A DNA stretch of 64,000 nucleotides from IMG/VR virus record IMGVR_UViG_3300028886_000042; one strand, written 5' to 3'. The DNA is from a virus (Duplodnaviria; Caudoviricetes). Below, in pieces: positions 50,147-60,400 of this stretch. The notes under the pieces were generated by a model. The model was not told where the DNA came from, did not search any database, and saw only the letters and a list, made by a program, of their open reading frames with translations. Position 1 is the stretch's first letter. Each line of letters begins with the position of its first letter. Position numbers and translations under genes: made by a program.

Positions 50147-51580
50147 ATGTCTAAAGCAAATTTAAATGACAGAAGTAATTTAGGTTATCTTGGCGAGGAA
50201 TTTCAGGTTAAGCTTGTAAAGTGTTTTTTCGAGGACAGGAAGTTTTTTGAAAGAATAGAGGAAATTGTTGACCAGAATATGTTCAGTAATGAACACCTCA
50301 GAAGAATTGTCGGATTCATGAAGGACAGGTACAACTTCAACGAAACTGTTACGACTTATTTCGAAATTGAAACCATAATAAGAAGCAAGGTTTCCGATGC
50401 AATTTCCGTAGAACAGCTTCTTGCCTATATAGAAAGGATAAAGGGGATGAGTTTGGAAGGTATGGATTTGGTTGAGGACGAATCCGAAAAATTCTTCAAG
50501 CAGCAGAATCTTACCAAGGCTATAAATAAAGTCCGTGATATAGTTAAAAACGGTGATTTCAGCAACTATTATGTTATTGAGGATATCATAAAGAAATCAC
50601 TTGAGGTAAATACCAAGGAAGACAGTGCAAAAAGGCTTTTTGAGAATGTCGAGTCTGTTTTGTCTGAGGATGAACGTCTGAGAATACCTACCGGTGCAGA
50701 TAAGCTGGATGCTACGCTCAGAGGTGGGTTAGGTAAGGGTGAATTAGGTGTTATAATAGCACCAAGCGGAACAGGTAAAACGTCTGCCACAACAGGTTTT
50801 GCGGCAAATGCGGCTACATATAAGTGTGAAGCGAACAATTTCAACGGCTATAACGTACTTCATTACTTCTTTGAGGATGAGGAGAACAATATAGAGCGTA
50901 AATATTATGGTTTTCTTACAGGATTTGATGCCTGTGACCTTCATTTACCTGAAATACGTCCTCTTGTACTCGAAAAACTAAATGAGGACACTGAAATACG
51001 CAAGATGCTTCGTAATAACATAAAATACGAGCGTCTGATAAGCGGTGAGGTTACGGCATCACAGATTAAGAACAAGATACGCAAGGAAATAGCCCTTGGT
51101 TTCAAGCCTGACCTTGTCATAATCGACTACTTTGAATGTCTTAAGACAGAGAAGGGTGACAATACGGACAGTGAATGGTCTAAGGAAGCCCTTACCATGA
51201 GAAAATTAGAGGCTATTGCACATGAATTCAACGTAGCCATATGGGTTCCTGTTCAAGGTACACGTGATTCTATCGGTGCTGAACTTGTAGGACTTATGCA
51301 GGCAGGCGGTTCTATCAAGAAGGTACAGATTGCCCACGTAATCATTACTTTTGCAGCAACGGACAATATGAAATTACAGGGTAAACTTAATATTTCACTT
51401 GGAAAATTCAGGGCAGGCCGTATTGACAGAAACAAGTTCTTCAATGTCAGTTTCAATAACGGTACATGCAGATTCGATATGTCTGAATGTGATGACGGTA
51501 CGGGAAATACTTATGAGAATGATTATCAGTCTGCACAGTTTAACATCGCCAAACGAACAAAGCAGATGTACAACAGTTAA
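50147..51580 (+). CDS. Replicative DnaB-like (T4 gp41-like) helicase
   Basis: IPTG..LD..LRGGLGKGEL, APSGTGKT, VIIDY, KFRAG. Confidence 0.9.
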   Translation: MSKANLNDRSNLGYLGEEFQVKLVKCFFEDRKFFERIEEIVDQNMFSNEHLRRIVGFMKDRYNFNETVTTYFEIETIIRSKVSDAISVEQLLAYIERIKGMSLEGMDLVEDESEKFFKQQNLTKAINKVRDIVKNGDFSNYYVIEDIIKKSLEVNTKEDSAKRLFENVESVLSEDERLRIPTGADKLDATLRGGLGKGELGVIIAPSGTGKTSATTGFAANAATYKCEANNFNGYNVLHYFFEDEENNIERKYYGFLTGFDACDLHLPEIRPLVLEKLNEDTEIRKMLRNNIKYERLISGEVTASQIKNKIRKEIALGFKPDLVIIDYFECLKTEKGDNTDSEWSKEALTMRKLEAIAHEFNVAIWVPVQGTRDSIGAELVGLMQAGGSIKKVQIAHVIITFAATDNMKLQGKLNISLGKFRAGRIDRNKFFNVSFNNGTCRFDMSECDDGTGNTYENDYQSAQFNIAKRTKQMYNS

Positions 51581-51750
51581 TTGAGGTTATAAATAGCGAG
51601 ATAACCTTATTTTTTAGTAGAAAAAAAATTAATTTTTTTCTTCTGTGACTATCAGACAGTTATGGTTTTATTTCTGTTATTTTATATTTTCACCCAACCT
51701 TTTTAAAATTTGTAATGATAGGTATATTATACCTAAAACATTTATAAACT

Positions 51751-53964
51751 ATGCGTATTAAGAAAAGAGACAATACAACAGAAGATTTTCTGTTTGAAAA
51801 AATTGAGAATGCTATAATAAAGGCATTCAATGCGTGTGATGTTCCTGTAAACCAAAGGGTTATAGAGTGTATGAGAAATAAGTTCGATGTTGACTCGGAC
51901 ACTGTTATCAGCGTTGAGGAAGTACAGGATGAAGTTGAGGATTGTTTAATGCAGTGGTGTCCGCCTGTAGCCAAGAAATATATAATTTATCGTTACGAAC
52001 ATAAGGTAATACGTGATACAAACGATAAGCTTTACAAGGATATTACAAAGAAACTCCTCGCTAATGATGCACAGAATCAGAATGCGAATCTTGACGAACA
52101 TTCATTCGGTGGAAGAATGGGGGAAGTTAACAGACTTGTACTTAAAGACTATGCATTAAAGTACTGTATGTCAAGAAAGTCGCGTAACAATCACTTGAAT
52201 AATGAGATTTACATTCATGACTTGGATTCTTATGCTGCCGGGATGCATAACTGTCTCTCAATTCCGTTTGACGAACTGTTGGCTAACGGTTTCAATACAA
52301 GACAGACTGATGTCCGTCCGGCAAACAGTATAAATACTGCATTTCAGCTTGTAGCAGTATTGTTTCAGTTACAGTCACTTCAGCAGTTCGGCGGTGTAAG
52401 TGCAACACATCTTGACTGGACAATGGTTCCATATGTCAGGAAGTCATTTTATAAGCATTTCAGTAATTGTGTTGAGGCAATTACAGGCAATACCGTAAAT
52501 GAGGGTGAATATAATGACTCAATGAAGATTGATGATGAAAAATACAAGGCATATGGTGAGAAGTGTTATGAATTTGCACTGAAAATGACAAACAAGGAAC
52601 TGAAACAAGCTGTTGAGGGTATGTATCATAATCTTAACACATTACAGTCAAGAAGTGGAAATCAGTTGCCTTTCACGTCGATAAATTACGGTACTTGTAC
52701 ATTACCTGAAGGGCGTATGGTAACAAAGGCGTTGCTTGAAGGGTCAATAGCCGGTGTTGGTAAATTGCATAAGACCCCTATTTTCCCATGCGGTATATTC
52801 CAAATGATGAATGGTGTCAACAGAAAGGAAGGTGAGCCGAACTATGATTTGTTCAAACTTGCACTTAAGTCAACTTCAAAGAGACTATATCCTAACTATG
52901 CCAATTGTGATTGGAGTGGAAATGCCGGATATGATAAGAATGACCCGAAGACATATTTCTCGTCTATGGGGTGTCGCACGATTAACGGTTTGGATATCAA
53001 TGGGTTAGGTCAACAGAAAGATGGAAGAGGTAATATTTGTCCCGTCACTATTATTATGCCTACACTTGCCATGCAAGCTAAGGAAAAAGTTAATGAAAGA
53101 GCCATTAAGGAGGATAGAAAATACAATTATGATGAAGTTATCACTGAATTCATGAAACTTCTTGACAAGAAGATAGGCGAGGCAAAGGATATGCTACTTG
53201 AAAGGTTTGAATGGATTTGCAAACAAAGTCCGTCTTCTGCTAAGTTCATGTGGGAAAATAATACTATGACCGGTTATGTACCTGAAGAAGGTATAAGGTC
53301 TGCACTGAAACACGGTACTATTGTAATAGGTCAGTTAGGTCTCGCAGAAACACTTCAGATTCTCATAAATAGAGACCATACTACGGATGAAGGTATGGAG
53401 TTAGCGAAGGAGATAGAGGGGCTGTTCAAGAAGCGTTGTGCTGAATATAAAGAGAAGTACAAGTTAAATTTCGGTGTATATTATACCCCTGCCGAAAATT
53501 TGTGTTATACGGCAATGAAGAAATTCAGGGAAAAATATGGTGTTATAAAAAATGTATCTGACAGAGAATACTTTACGAATTCAATGCATGTTCCTGTATG
53601 GCATAAAATAACACCTTTTGAAAAGATTGACATTGAATCACAATTAACAGGTTATTCATCAGCCGGATGTATAACATATGTTGAGTTAGACAGTAGTGTA
53701 ATCCACAATACAGAAGCCCTTGAAGAGATTGTCGGTTATGCTATGGATAAGGATATACCTTATTTTGCCATAAATATTCCGAATGACCTTTGCGAATGCG
53801 GATATACAGGAGAAATAAATGAAGAGTGTCCTGTTTGCGGCAGTCATAACATACTGAGACTCAGAAGAGTAACCGGATATCTATCAGGTGACTACCTCCG
53901 AAGCTTTAACCACGGAAAACAGTGTGAAACAAATGACAGAGTAAAGCATATAAAGGAGGTCTGA
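51751..53964 (+). CDS. nrdD: Anaerobic ribonucleoside-triphosphate reductase with N-terminal ATP cone
   Basis: IKKRD ATP cone, IYIHDLD, MGCRT, TPAENL, glycyl-radical loop RRVTGYL. Confidence 0.97.
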   Translation: MRIKKRDNTTEDFLFEKIENAIIKAFNACDVPVNQRVIECMRNKFDVDSDTVISVEEVQDEVEDCLMQWCPPVAKKYIIYRYEHKVIRDTNDKLYKDITKKLLANDAQNQNANLDEHSFGGRMGEVNRLVLKDYALKYCMSRKSRNNHLNNEIYIHDLDSYAAGMHNCLSIPFDELLANGFNTRQTDVRPANSINTAFQLVAVLFQLQSLQQFGGVSATHLDWTMVPYVRKSFYKHFSNCVEAITGNTVNEGEYNDSMKIDDEKYKAYGEKCYEFALKMTNKELKQAVEGMYHNLNTLQSRSGNQLPFTSINYGTCTLPEGRMVTKALLEGSIAGVGKLHKTPIFPCGIFQMMNGVNRKEGEPNYDLFKLALKSTSKRLYPNYANCDWSGNAGYDKNDPKTYFSSMGCRTINGLDINGLGQQKDGRGNICPVTIIMPTLAMQAKEKVNERAIKEDRKYNYDEVITEFMKLLDKKIGEAKDMLLERFEWICKQSPSSAKFMWENNTMTGYVPEEGIRSALKHGTIVIGQLGLAETLQILINRDHTTDEGMELAKEIEGLFKKRCAEYKEKYKLNFGVYYTPAENLCYTAMKKFREKYGVIKNVSDREYFTNSMHVPVWHKITPFEKIDIESQLTGYSSAGCITYVELDSSVIHNTEALEEIVGYAMDKDIPYFAINIPNDLCECGYTGEINEECPVCGSHNILRLRRVTGYLSGDYLRSFNHGKQCETNDRVKHIKEV

Positions 53965-53966
53965 AG

Positions 53967-54461
53967 ATGAGAATACATAAGATAACGTATCCTGATGTCA
54001 ATAACGGTTTAGGATGCCGTGCGACTGTTTGGGTTTCAGGCTGTTCACATCACTGCAAAGGGTGTCACAACAAGGAAACGTGGTCTTTTAACTGCGGAAA
54101 AGTATTTGATGAGGGTTATAAGGAAAAACTCTTCGAAATCCTATCACTTCCTTATATGAAAGGACTGACATTATCAGGTGGAGACCCGTTGGACAGTTAT
54201 GAAGATGTTCTTGCACTTACTAAAGAAGTACGAGAGAAGTTCGGTAATACAAAGGATATTTGGCTTTATACCGGATATACTATGGAAGAAATAAACAAAA
54301 ACGGATTCGGTGAAATTTTAAAATACGTTGATTTTGTCGTTGACGGAAGATATGAAGAAAAACAAAGGGATGTTACTTTGGCATTCAGGGGTTCCGTAAA
54401 TCAGTGTATATATGAGAAAAAAGACGGTAAATTCGTCATTTCCGATTTAATGCAGCCTTAA
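53967..54461 (+). CDS. nrdG: Anaerobic RNR activase (radical SAM)
   Basis: NGLGCR, GCSHHCKGCHN, SGGDPL, FRGSVNQ. Confidence 0.97.
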   Translation: MRIHKITYPDVNNGLGCRATVWVSGCSHHCKGCHNKETWSFNCGKVFDEGYKEKLFEILSLPYMKGLTLSGGDPLDSYEDVLALTKEVREKFGNTKDIWLYTGYTMEEINKNGFGEILKYVDFVVDGRYEEKQRDVTLAFRGSVNQCIYEKKDGKFVISDLMQP

Positions 54462-54477
54462 CGGTTGCATTTTTTTT
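54449..54477 (+). terminator. Intrinsic terminator after nrdG
   Basis: AATGCAGCC/GGTTGCATT-TTTTTT. Confidence 0.7.
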
Positions 54478-54544
54478 ATCTAATTATTTCAATAATAAAC
54501 TTGTCGGGTTATATTTATAATATATATTCGATTTTTTGTCTGAT

Positions 54545-54931
54545 ATGCCTAAAACACAGAAATACGGTATTAAGTTTCCGATAAACATAACAAGTGACGA
54601 GAAAACGTTTTTCGATTTGGACAGTACACAGGAAGAAGCCATAAAATCCGAAATAATGCATCTTATCTTCACTCCTATGGGTCAGAGATTAAGAAAGCCG
54701 CTGTTCGGTTCAAAACTGATTCAGTTCATATTCAATCCGAATGACGGACAGACATGGTCTGATGTCGTAAGTGAAATAAAGGATATGGTTTCAAGAAACA
54801 TACCGAACTGTTCGATTGACAACGTAAATGTATATGAAATTAATGACGGTTTAGGGTTGGTTGCCTCCATAAAATACAGTGTGACATCCAACGGACAGAC
54901 AAAGCAGTATCAAATAATGACGAATTTGTAA
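54545..54931 (+). CDS. Baseplate wedge subunit (T4 gp25-like)
   Basis: GIKFP, LIFTPMGQRLRKPLFGS; ATATTTATA at 54511-54519. Confidence 0.85.
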   Translation: MPKTQKYGIKFPINITSDEKTFFDLDSTQEEAIKSEIMHLIFTPMGQRLRKPLFGSKLIQFIFNPNDGQTWSDVVSEIKDMVSRNIPNCSIDNVNVYEINDGLGLVASIKYSVTSNGQTKQYQIMTNL

Positions 54932-54942
54932 GGAAAAACAGT

Positions 54943-56991
54943 ATGGCTGAGAATAAGATACAATACAGTGCAAGAACATATGATGATTACAGAAAATCAC
55001 TTCTTGACATATCAAGGAAATATTATCCTGACATGGCTGACAGTTTCAATGATGCGAGTGTCGGTCAGTGGCTTATAGAATTATGTGCAAGCGTGGGTGA
55101 CGAACTCAGTTATCATATTGACAGAACGTATCAGGAAACATCCGTAACAGCAGCAGGACAGCGAAGTTCGCTTAACAGCATAGCAAGGAATAACGGTATA
55201 AAGATACCGGGTAAGAAGGCTGCTATTGTCGAGATAGAACTGTCATGTGAACTGCCTTTAAAGGCAAGCGGTGACAATTCGAACGGTAATCTTAGTGAAG
55301 CCGATACAGCTTATGCTCCCATCGTTAAAAGAGGCGCGTTATTCTCAACCGGACTTGTGACATTCGAACTTGTGAACGATGTTAATTTTGGTGAGCAGTT
55401 TGATGAGAACGGTATGCCGAACAGACAGATAATACCTAACCGTGATTCAAACGGAAACATCATAAGCTATACATACAAGAAGCTTGCTATTGCAGTTGCA
55501 GGACAGAGCAAGGTATATAAGAAAATAATAAGTAACAGTGATTTGAAGCCGTTTATGTCAGTACTGTTACAGGATAATGACATACTTGGTGTAGAGAGTA
55601 TCTTGGTCAAGGAAGGAGGTAATCTCTCAGTCAATCCGCAACTTTACGAATACAGTGTAGATGAAGAGGAATTCGAGGCTTCGGGTCAGGTAAAGACAAG
55701 CCGTTTCTTTGAAGTTGACAGTCTGATTGACCAGTATAGATTCGGGTATGAGACTGAAAAGTGTGAACAGGAAGAAGGTGAAGAAAAAAAGACTTGCATT
55801 TATAATCCTAAATGGTACACTGAAACTGAGCAGTATGAAGTAGGCGAGGGTGATGACAAGAAAACTGTAACATTAGATATAAGAAGGGTTGTACACGGAA
55901 AGTGGAAACGTCTGAAAAACAAGTTTATTACTGAATTCACAGACAATAATTCATTGAAGATTACATTCGGTTCAGGCATAAGGAACAAATACGGCACTAT
56001 ACCTGATGATGCAAGGTCGTTTACAAAATATGTCATGTCACGTATGGAGGCTAACGATTATTTGGGTGTTTTACCGGGTTGTGATTCTTCGGGTGACTCA
56101 ACCATGTACATTCTTTACCGTGTAGGCGGCGGCGAACAGAGTAATATAGCAGCCGGCAGCCTTACGAACATAATAAATATAAGTTTGTGTATTGAAGGTG
56201 AAGATGCAAGGAAGAAGAGGGATGTTACAAATTCAATCAGAGTTACCAACACAACACCTTCATATGGAGGTAAGGACGAGCCTTCTGAAGAGGAAATGAG
56301 ACAGATTATAAAATACAACTCAGGTTCAAAGAACCGCTGTGTAACACTGCATGACTATATAGAACGGATTGCACAGATGCCTCCGAAGTACGGAACACCG
56401 TTCAGATGCGGTGCTGTGGAGGAGAATAATAAGATTATCATTTATGCACTTGGCCTTGACTCTGAAGGCCATTTGGAGAGCAAACTGTCAGAATTTGTTG
56501 CAAAAAACATGACAGAATATCTGTCAATGTACAGAACGGTTAATGACTTTGTTGAAATACATTCCGGAAAGATAATAAACATTTCATTTGAAATTGACGT
56601 ATGCATTGACAAGACATATGAGAAGTCAGAGGTTGTAAAGAGGATTATAGAACTTGTTACCGACTATATGGATATAAGGAGACATGTAATGGGTGATGAG
56701 TATTATGTCGGTGATATAATGAAGGAAATATCAAAGCTTGACGGTGTAAAGAACCTTATTGACATAAAGGTATACAACAAAGTAGGAGACGGTTATTCAG
56801 ATGATGAAACGACACAGCAGCTTATCGAGGCAACTGACTGCTGTTATGAGGAATATAATGAAGGTCAGGAGAATTTCGACAGACGTATAGACCTTAAGGC
56901 AAGTGACAATATACTGTTCACTGATGCAAACAGTCTCCTAGAAATCAGATATCCTAACAAGGATATAAAAGTAAATGTACGTCAAAGATAA
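54943..56991 (+). CDS. Baseplate wedge subunit (T4 gp6 / P2 gpJ-like)
   Basis: YSARTYD, LSYHID, ITFGSG, YRVGGG, GGKDEPS, NRCVTLHDY. Confidence 0.9.
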   Translation: MAENKIQYSARTYDDYRKSLLDISRKYYPDMADSFNDASVGQWLIELCASVGDELSYHIDRTYQETSVTAAGQRSSLNSIARNNGIKIPGKKAAIVEIELSCELPLKASGDNSNGNLSEADTAYAPIVKRGALFSTGLVTFELVNDVNFGEQFDENGMPNRQIIPNRDSNGNIISYTYKKLAIAVAGQSKVYKKIISNSDLKPFMSVLLQDNDILGVESILVKEGGNLSVNPQLYEYSVDEEEFEASGQVKTSRFFEVDSLIDQYRFGYETEKCEQEEGEEKKTCIYNPKWYTETEQYEVGEGDDKKTVTLDIRRVVHGKWKRLKNKFITEFTDNNSLKITFGSGIRNKYGTIPDDARSFTKYVMSRMEANDYLGVLPGCDSSGDSTMYILYRVGGGEQSNIAAGSLTNIINISLCIEGEDARKKRDVTNSIRVTNTTPSYGGKDEPSEEEMRQIIKYNSGSKNRCVTLHDYIERIAQMPPKYGTPFRCGAVEENNKIIIYALGLDSEGHLESKLSEFVAKNMTEYLSMYRTVNDFVEIHSGKIINISFEIDVCIDKTYEKSEVVKRIIELVTDYMDIRRHVMGDEYYVGDIMKEISKLDGVKNLIDIKVYNKVGDGYSDDETTQQLIEATDCCYEEYNEGQENFDRRIDLKASDNILFTDANSLLEIRYPNKDIKVNVRQR

Positions 56992-57025
56992 TCTTTTTTA
57001 TCATAATAATTATCATTTAATTTTT

Positions 57026-57058
57026 ACCGTCCTGTTCGTGAGAATCGGGCGGTTTTTT
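57026..57058 (+). terminator. Intrinsic terminator
   Basis: ACCGTCCTGTTC-GTGA-GAATCGGGCGGT-TTTTT. Confidence 0.75.
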
Positions 57059-57061
57059 ATG

Positions 57062-57094
57062 TTTGTTGTTTTCTGATAAAGCAGTATATTTGCA
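57062..57094 (+). promoter_or_regulatory. Bacteroidota promoter TTTG-N19-TATATTTGCA
   Basis: Exact consensus. Confidence 0.8.
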
Positions 57095-57166
57095 ATAATA
57101 TAATCCTTCATTGACAAAAAAAGGAAAAAGGGCTAATTTAATATAAACAGAAAAGCATAAAATTTT

Positions 57167-57430
57167 ATGGGATGCGGTTGCAAAAGTGAAATAAGCAAAT
57201 TTGAGAAATATACGGGATATCATTCTAACGGAGAATCCGGCAATAATAAGGAAAAGCTTGGAATATTCAGTAAAATTATGAAGTTTTTCCTTCAATTATT
57301 CTTCGGAATTTTCTGTGGTGCTGTAATTATAGTTATGATAGTACCAATGCTGTTGTATATCATTATATGTTTGATGACCGGCAGACAGGCACACTTCACT
57401 ATTAAGAACTTGTTAAAGAAGAAGAACTGA
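57167..57430 (+). CDS. Small membrane protein with MGCGC N-terminus
   Basis: ~30-aa hydrophobic stretch FFLQLFFGIFCGAVIIVMIVPMLLYIIICL; basic C-tail. Confidence 0.75.
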   Translation: MGCGCKSEISKFEKYTGYHSNGESGNNKEKLGIFSKIMKFFLQLFFGIFCGAVIIVMIVPMLLYIIICLMTGRQAHFTIKNLLKKKN

Positions 57431-60400
57431 TGGCAGATAATTGTAAATCTTACAGAATAAGGACGAATGTGGGTCAGGACACACCTAACGTCATTAACGT
57501 AAAACTTGACCAGACATATGATGAATTTCAGATTCTGTCTCTTAAGATAGAAGAGGAAAATGCATATAAGTTATACCAGTCCGAAAAGGGTGTTGTTGTA
57601 GGGCGTGTTTTGGCTAACGGCGGTGTAGGTGTATCAAATGCAAAGGTATCTGTATTCATAAAGTCCGAGGACGGAATGGACATAAAGGATATGATATTAT
57701 ATCCCTATAAGTCTGTAACTGATACGAACGATGACAGTGTAAGATATAATCTTCTGCCTGATTTCATAGATGAGACATGTCATCAGATTGTCGGTACGTT
57801 TCCGAACAAGAGGCTTGTTCTTGACAATGAGGATGTGATAGAGATTTTCGATAAATACTGGAAATATACAACCGTAACAAACAGCAGCGGTGACTATATG
57901 CTGTACGGTATTCCGGTTGGTGAGCAGACCATGCACATGGATGTAGACCTGTCGGATATCGGTTTTCTGTCACAGAAACCCAGGGATTTGGTCTATAAAG
58001 GCTATAATATTAATCTTTTCGAGAATCCGAACAAATTCAAGCAGGACACGAACCTCAACAGCCTTGCACAGATAAAGTCACAGGACAAGAGTGTATATGT
58101 ATATCCTTTTTGGGGTGATACAAGTACGGACAACTCAAATGACATAGCAGTTACACGCTGTGATTTTCAGATTGACTACAAGTTTGAGCCTACCTGTATT
58201 TTCATGGGAAGTATTATTACCGATACAGGTTCAAACGCAATCGGAAAGAACTGTTCGAGTACCGACAACGCAGGTAAGATGTCGGATTTGGTTTCGGGTG
58301 AAGGCTCAATCGAAATGATACGTAAGACGATTGACAACAAGGTAGAGGAATTTCAGGTAAAGGGAAACCGTGTAATTGACGGTGACGGTGTATGGTGCTA
58401 TCAGATACCCATGAATCTTGACTATGTCATGACGGATGAGTTCGGAAACCTTGTACCTACTGACAATCCTGACAAAGGTATTCCTACAAGGACGAGAGTA
58501 AGATTCAGAATATCATTGTCTGATAATCCTGCTGACAGTGCAGCGAGGAAAAGATGTAAGTATTTAGTACCTAACAATCCGAGATTCGATGAGAAACTTT
58601 ATCCTGAGTTCACAGCAGATAAGATGCACGAACCTGATTATGAATTCGGTACGAATACGAGGGAGGAAAGCTACTGTGACCTGTTTTGGAATAAGGTGTA
58701 TACTGTCAAGAACTATATTCCGAGGTTACAGAAGAACAACAGGATAACAAACAGAAAGCATACCGGAATTAAGCTGATTAACCATTACGGTAGCAACAAT
58801 CCCATGCCGTACAACAATCTTAGTGTTAAACTGTCATTCCTTTACAGATTCATTTGTGTACTTGTGACGATTTTCATCATGCTTGTCGGCTTCCTGAACA
58901 ATATCATTTCGATATTAGGTGCAATACCGTGCCAGATAGCAAGATTCTTCAGAGCGATTGCAAGTATTTTCATATGGCCTATCAAATTCCTTGGTTATCC
59001 GTTCAAGGCTGCTGCTGCCGTGTTTGACCTGTTAACACCTCCATGTATAGCAATTTCTTCAGAATTCTGTTCTGAGGACGTTACGCATCCTTATACATTC
59101 TATCCCGGATGCGGAATGAAGGGTTTGGCTTATGTACTTGGCCCTCTGGCTGAATGTGTATGGGACAAAACACGTGACAACCACTTTGAAGATATGGAGA
59201 GTGTTCCGCAAGAAGACAGAACCTATCCTACGAACAATGAGGGTGAACTTTACAACTGTGTAGAGTCACAGCTTGCAAACGACAATGACGTAACTTCGTT
59301 CAATTTCCACAACGACTGGATAAACGGTACACTTTATGCACCCATGTGGTTCAGAAAGGTAGAGGCAAAGAAAACATATTTCTTCGGTCTGGTAAAGCGT
59401 AAGTCAAAGGATGAGTGGTGTTCTGTTGACCATCCGTATAACGGTTTGCTAAGGCTGTTCCAACCGTGTAGTGTGAAACGTAATGCATCCAAATCCTATA
59501 CTTCGCACGAAGGTAATACACAGACGGCATACTACATGGGCAGTAATCCTGAGTGTGACAGGGACTGCCATGATACAAAAACTACGGTAGGGCTTAACAA
59601 CGGACTTATAAAGTCAAAGGACAGTATGTTAGGTCAGACGATTTACTATTACAGACCGTTTGAAATCGAGAAGGGTAATAACAACCTCATGACAGACGGT
59701 GTTGACGGTACGTTAAAACTGTTATTTGCAACGGATATTGTTTTACTGGGAAGTCTGAATGACTGTGATTTGAACGGTGTTCCACAGTTCTTCAAGCATC
59801 TTGAGTCCTCAACATTCAAACTGCCTACAAATATGCTGTTTGCTGATAATAACATGATTCAGAAGTTCAATGAGGACGGTACATTGTCTACTGAATACGA
59901 CCTTGTCAGCAAGAGTGAAATGACGGGTAATGACTGGGGTAACAGTAATGCCGATATGTGCGGCGAGCCTGATACAGGTCTGTTTTACAGTGTAGGATGT
60001 TCTACGATTGAAATGAGACCTAAGTCGTGTATAAATCTTCAAAGAATATGTGAATTCGGTGTATCGTTGGATGAATCAAAGGAAATACCGACTAATATAG
60101 CTTATGTGGAAAGCGGCGGTGACAGTGTATTCGAGACTTTAAGGCCGGACGGTTATATTTCAAAGGATGAACTTTATAATATAGATGAACGCAGTATGTT
60201 CGCTACGATGAACGGTAACGAACTGCAAACAAAGGTGAATATTGAAAACGGTTTGAAGGAGTATGATTTCCGTCACCTATATGTTGACAATTTCGACAAT
60301 TCACTGTATGATTCAATGAGAATGAGGCAGAAGCGATGTGGTGATTATTCATACCGTAATAACTTCAACCTTGAAGAGTTCAGTCCCGGTTATTATGATT

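Noticed and set aside
43896-53964. Introns or inteins in recA, helicase or nrdD
   Set aside because: ORFs are continuous, of normal length, with no intein splice motifs seen
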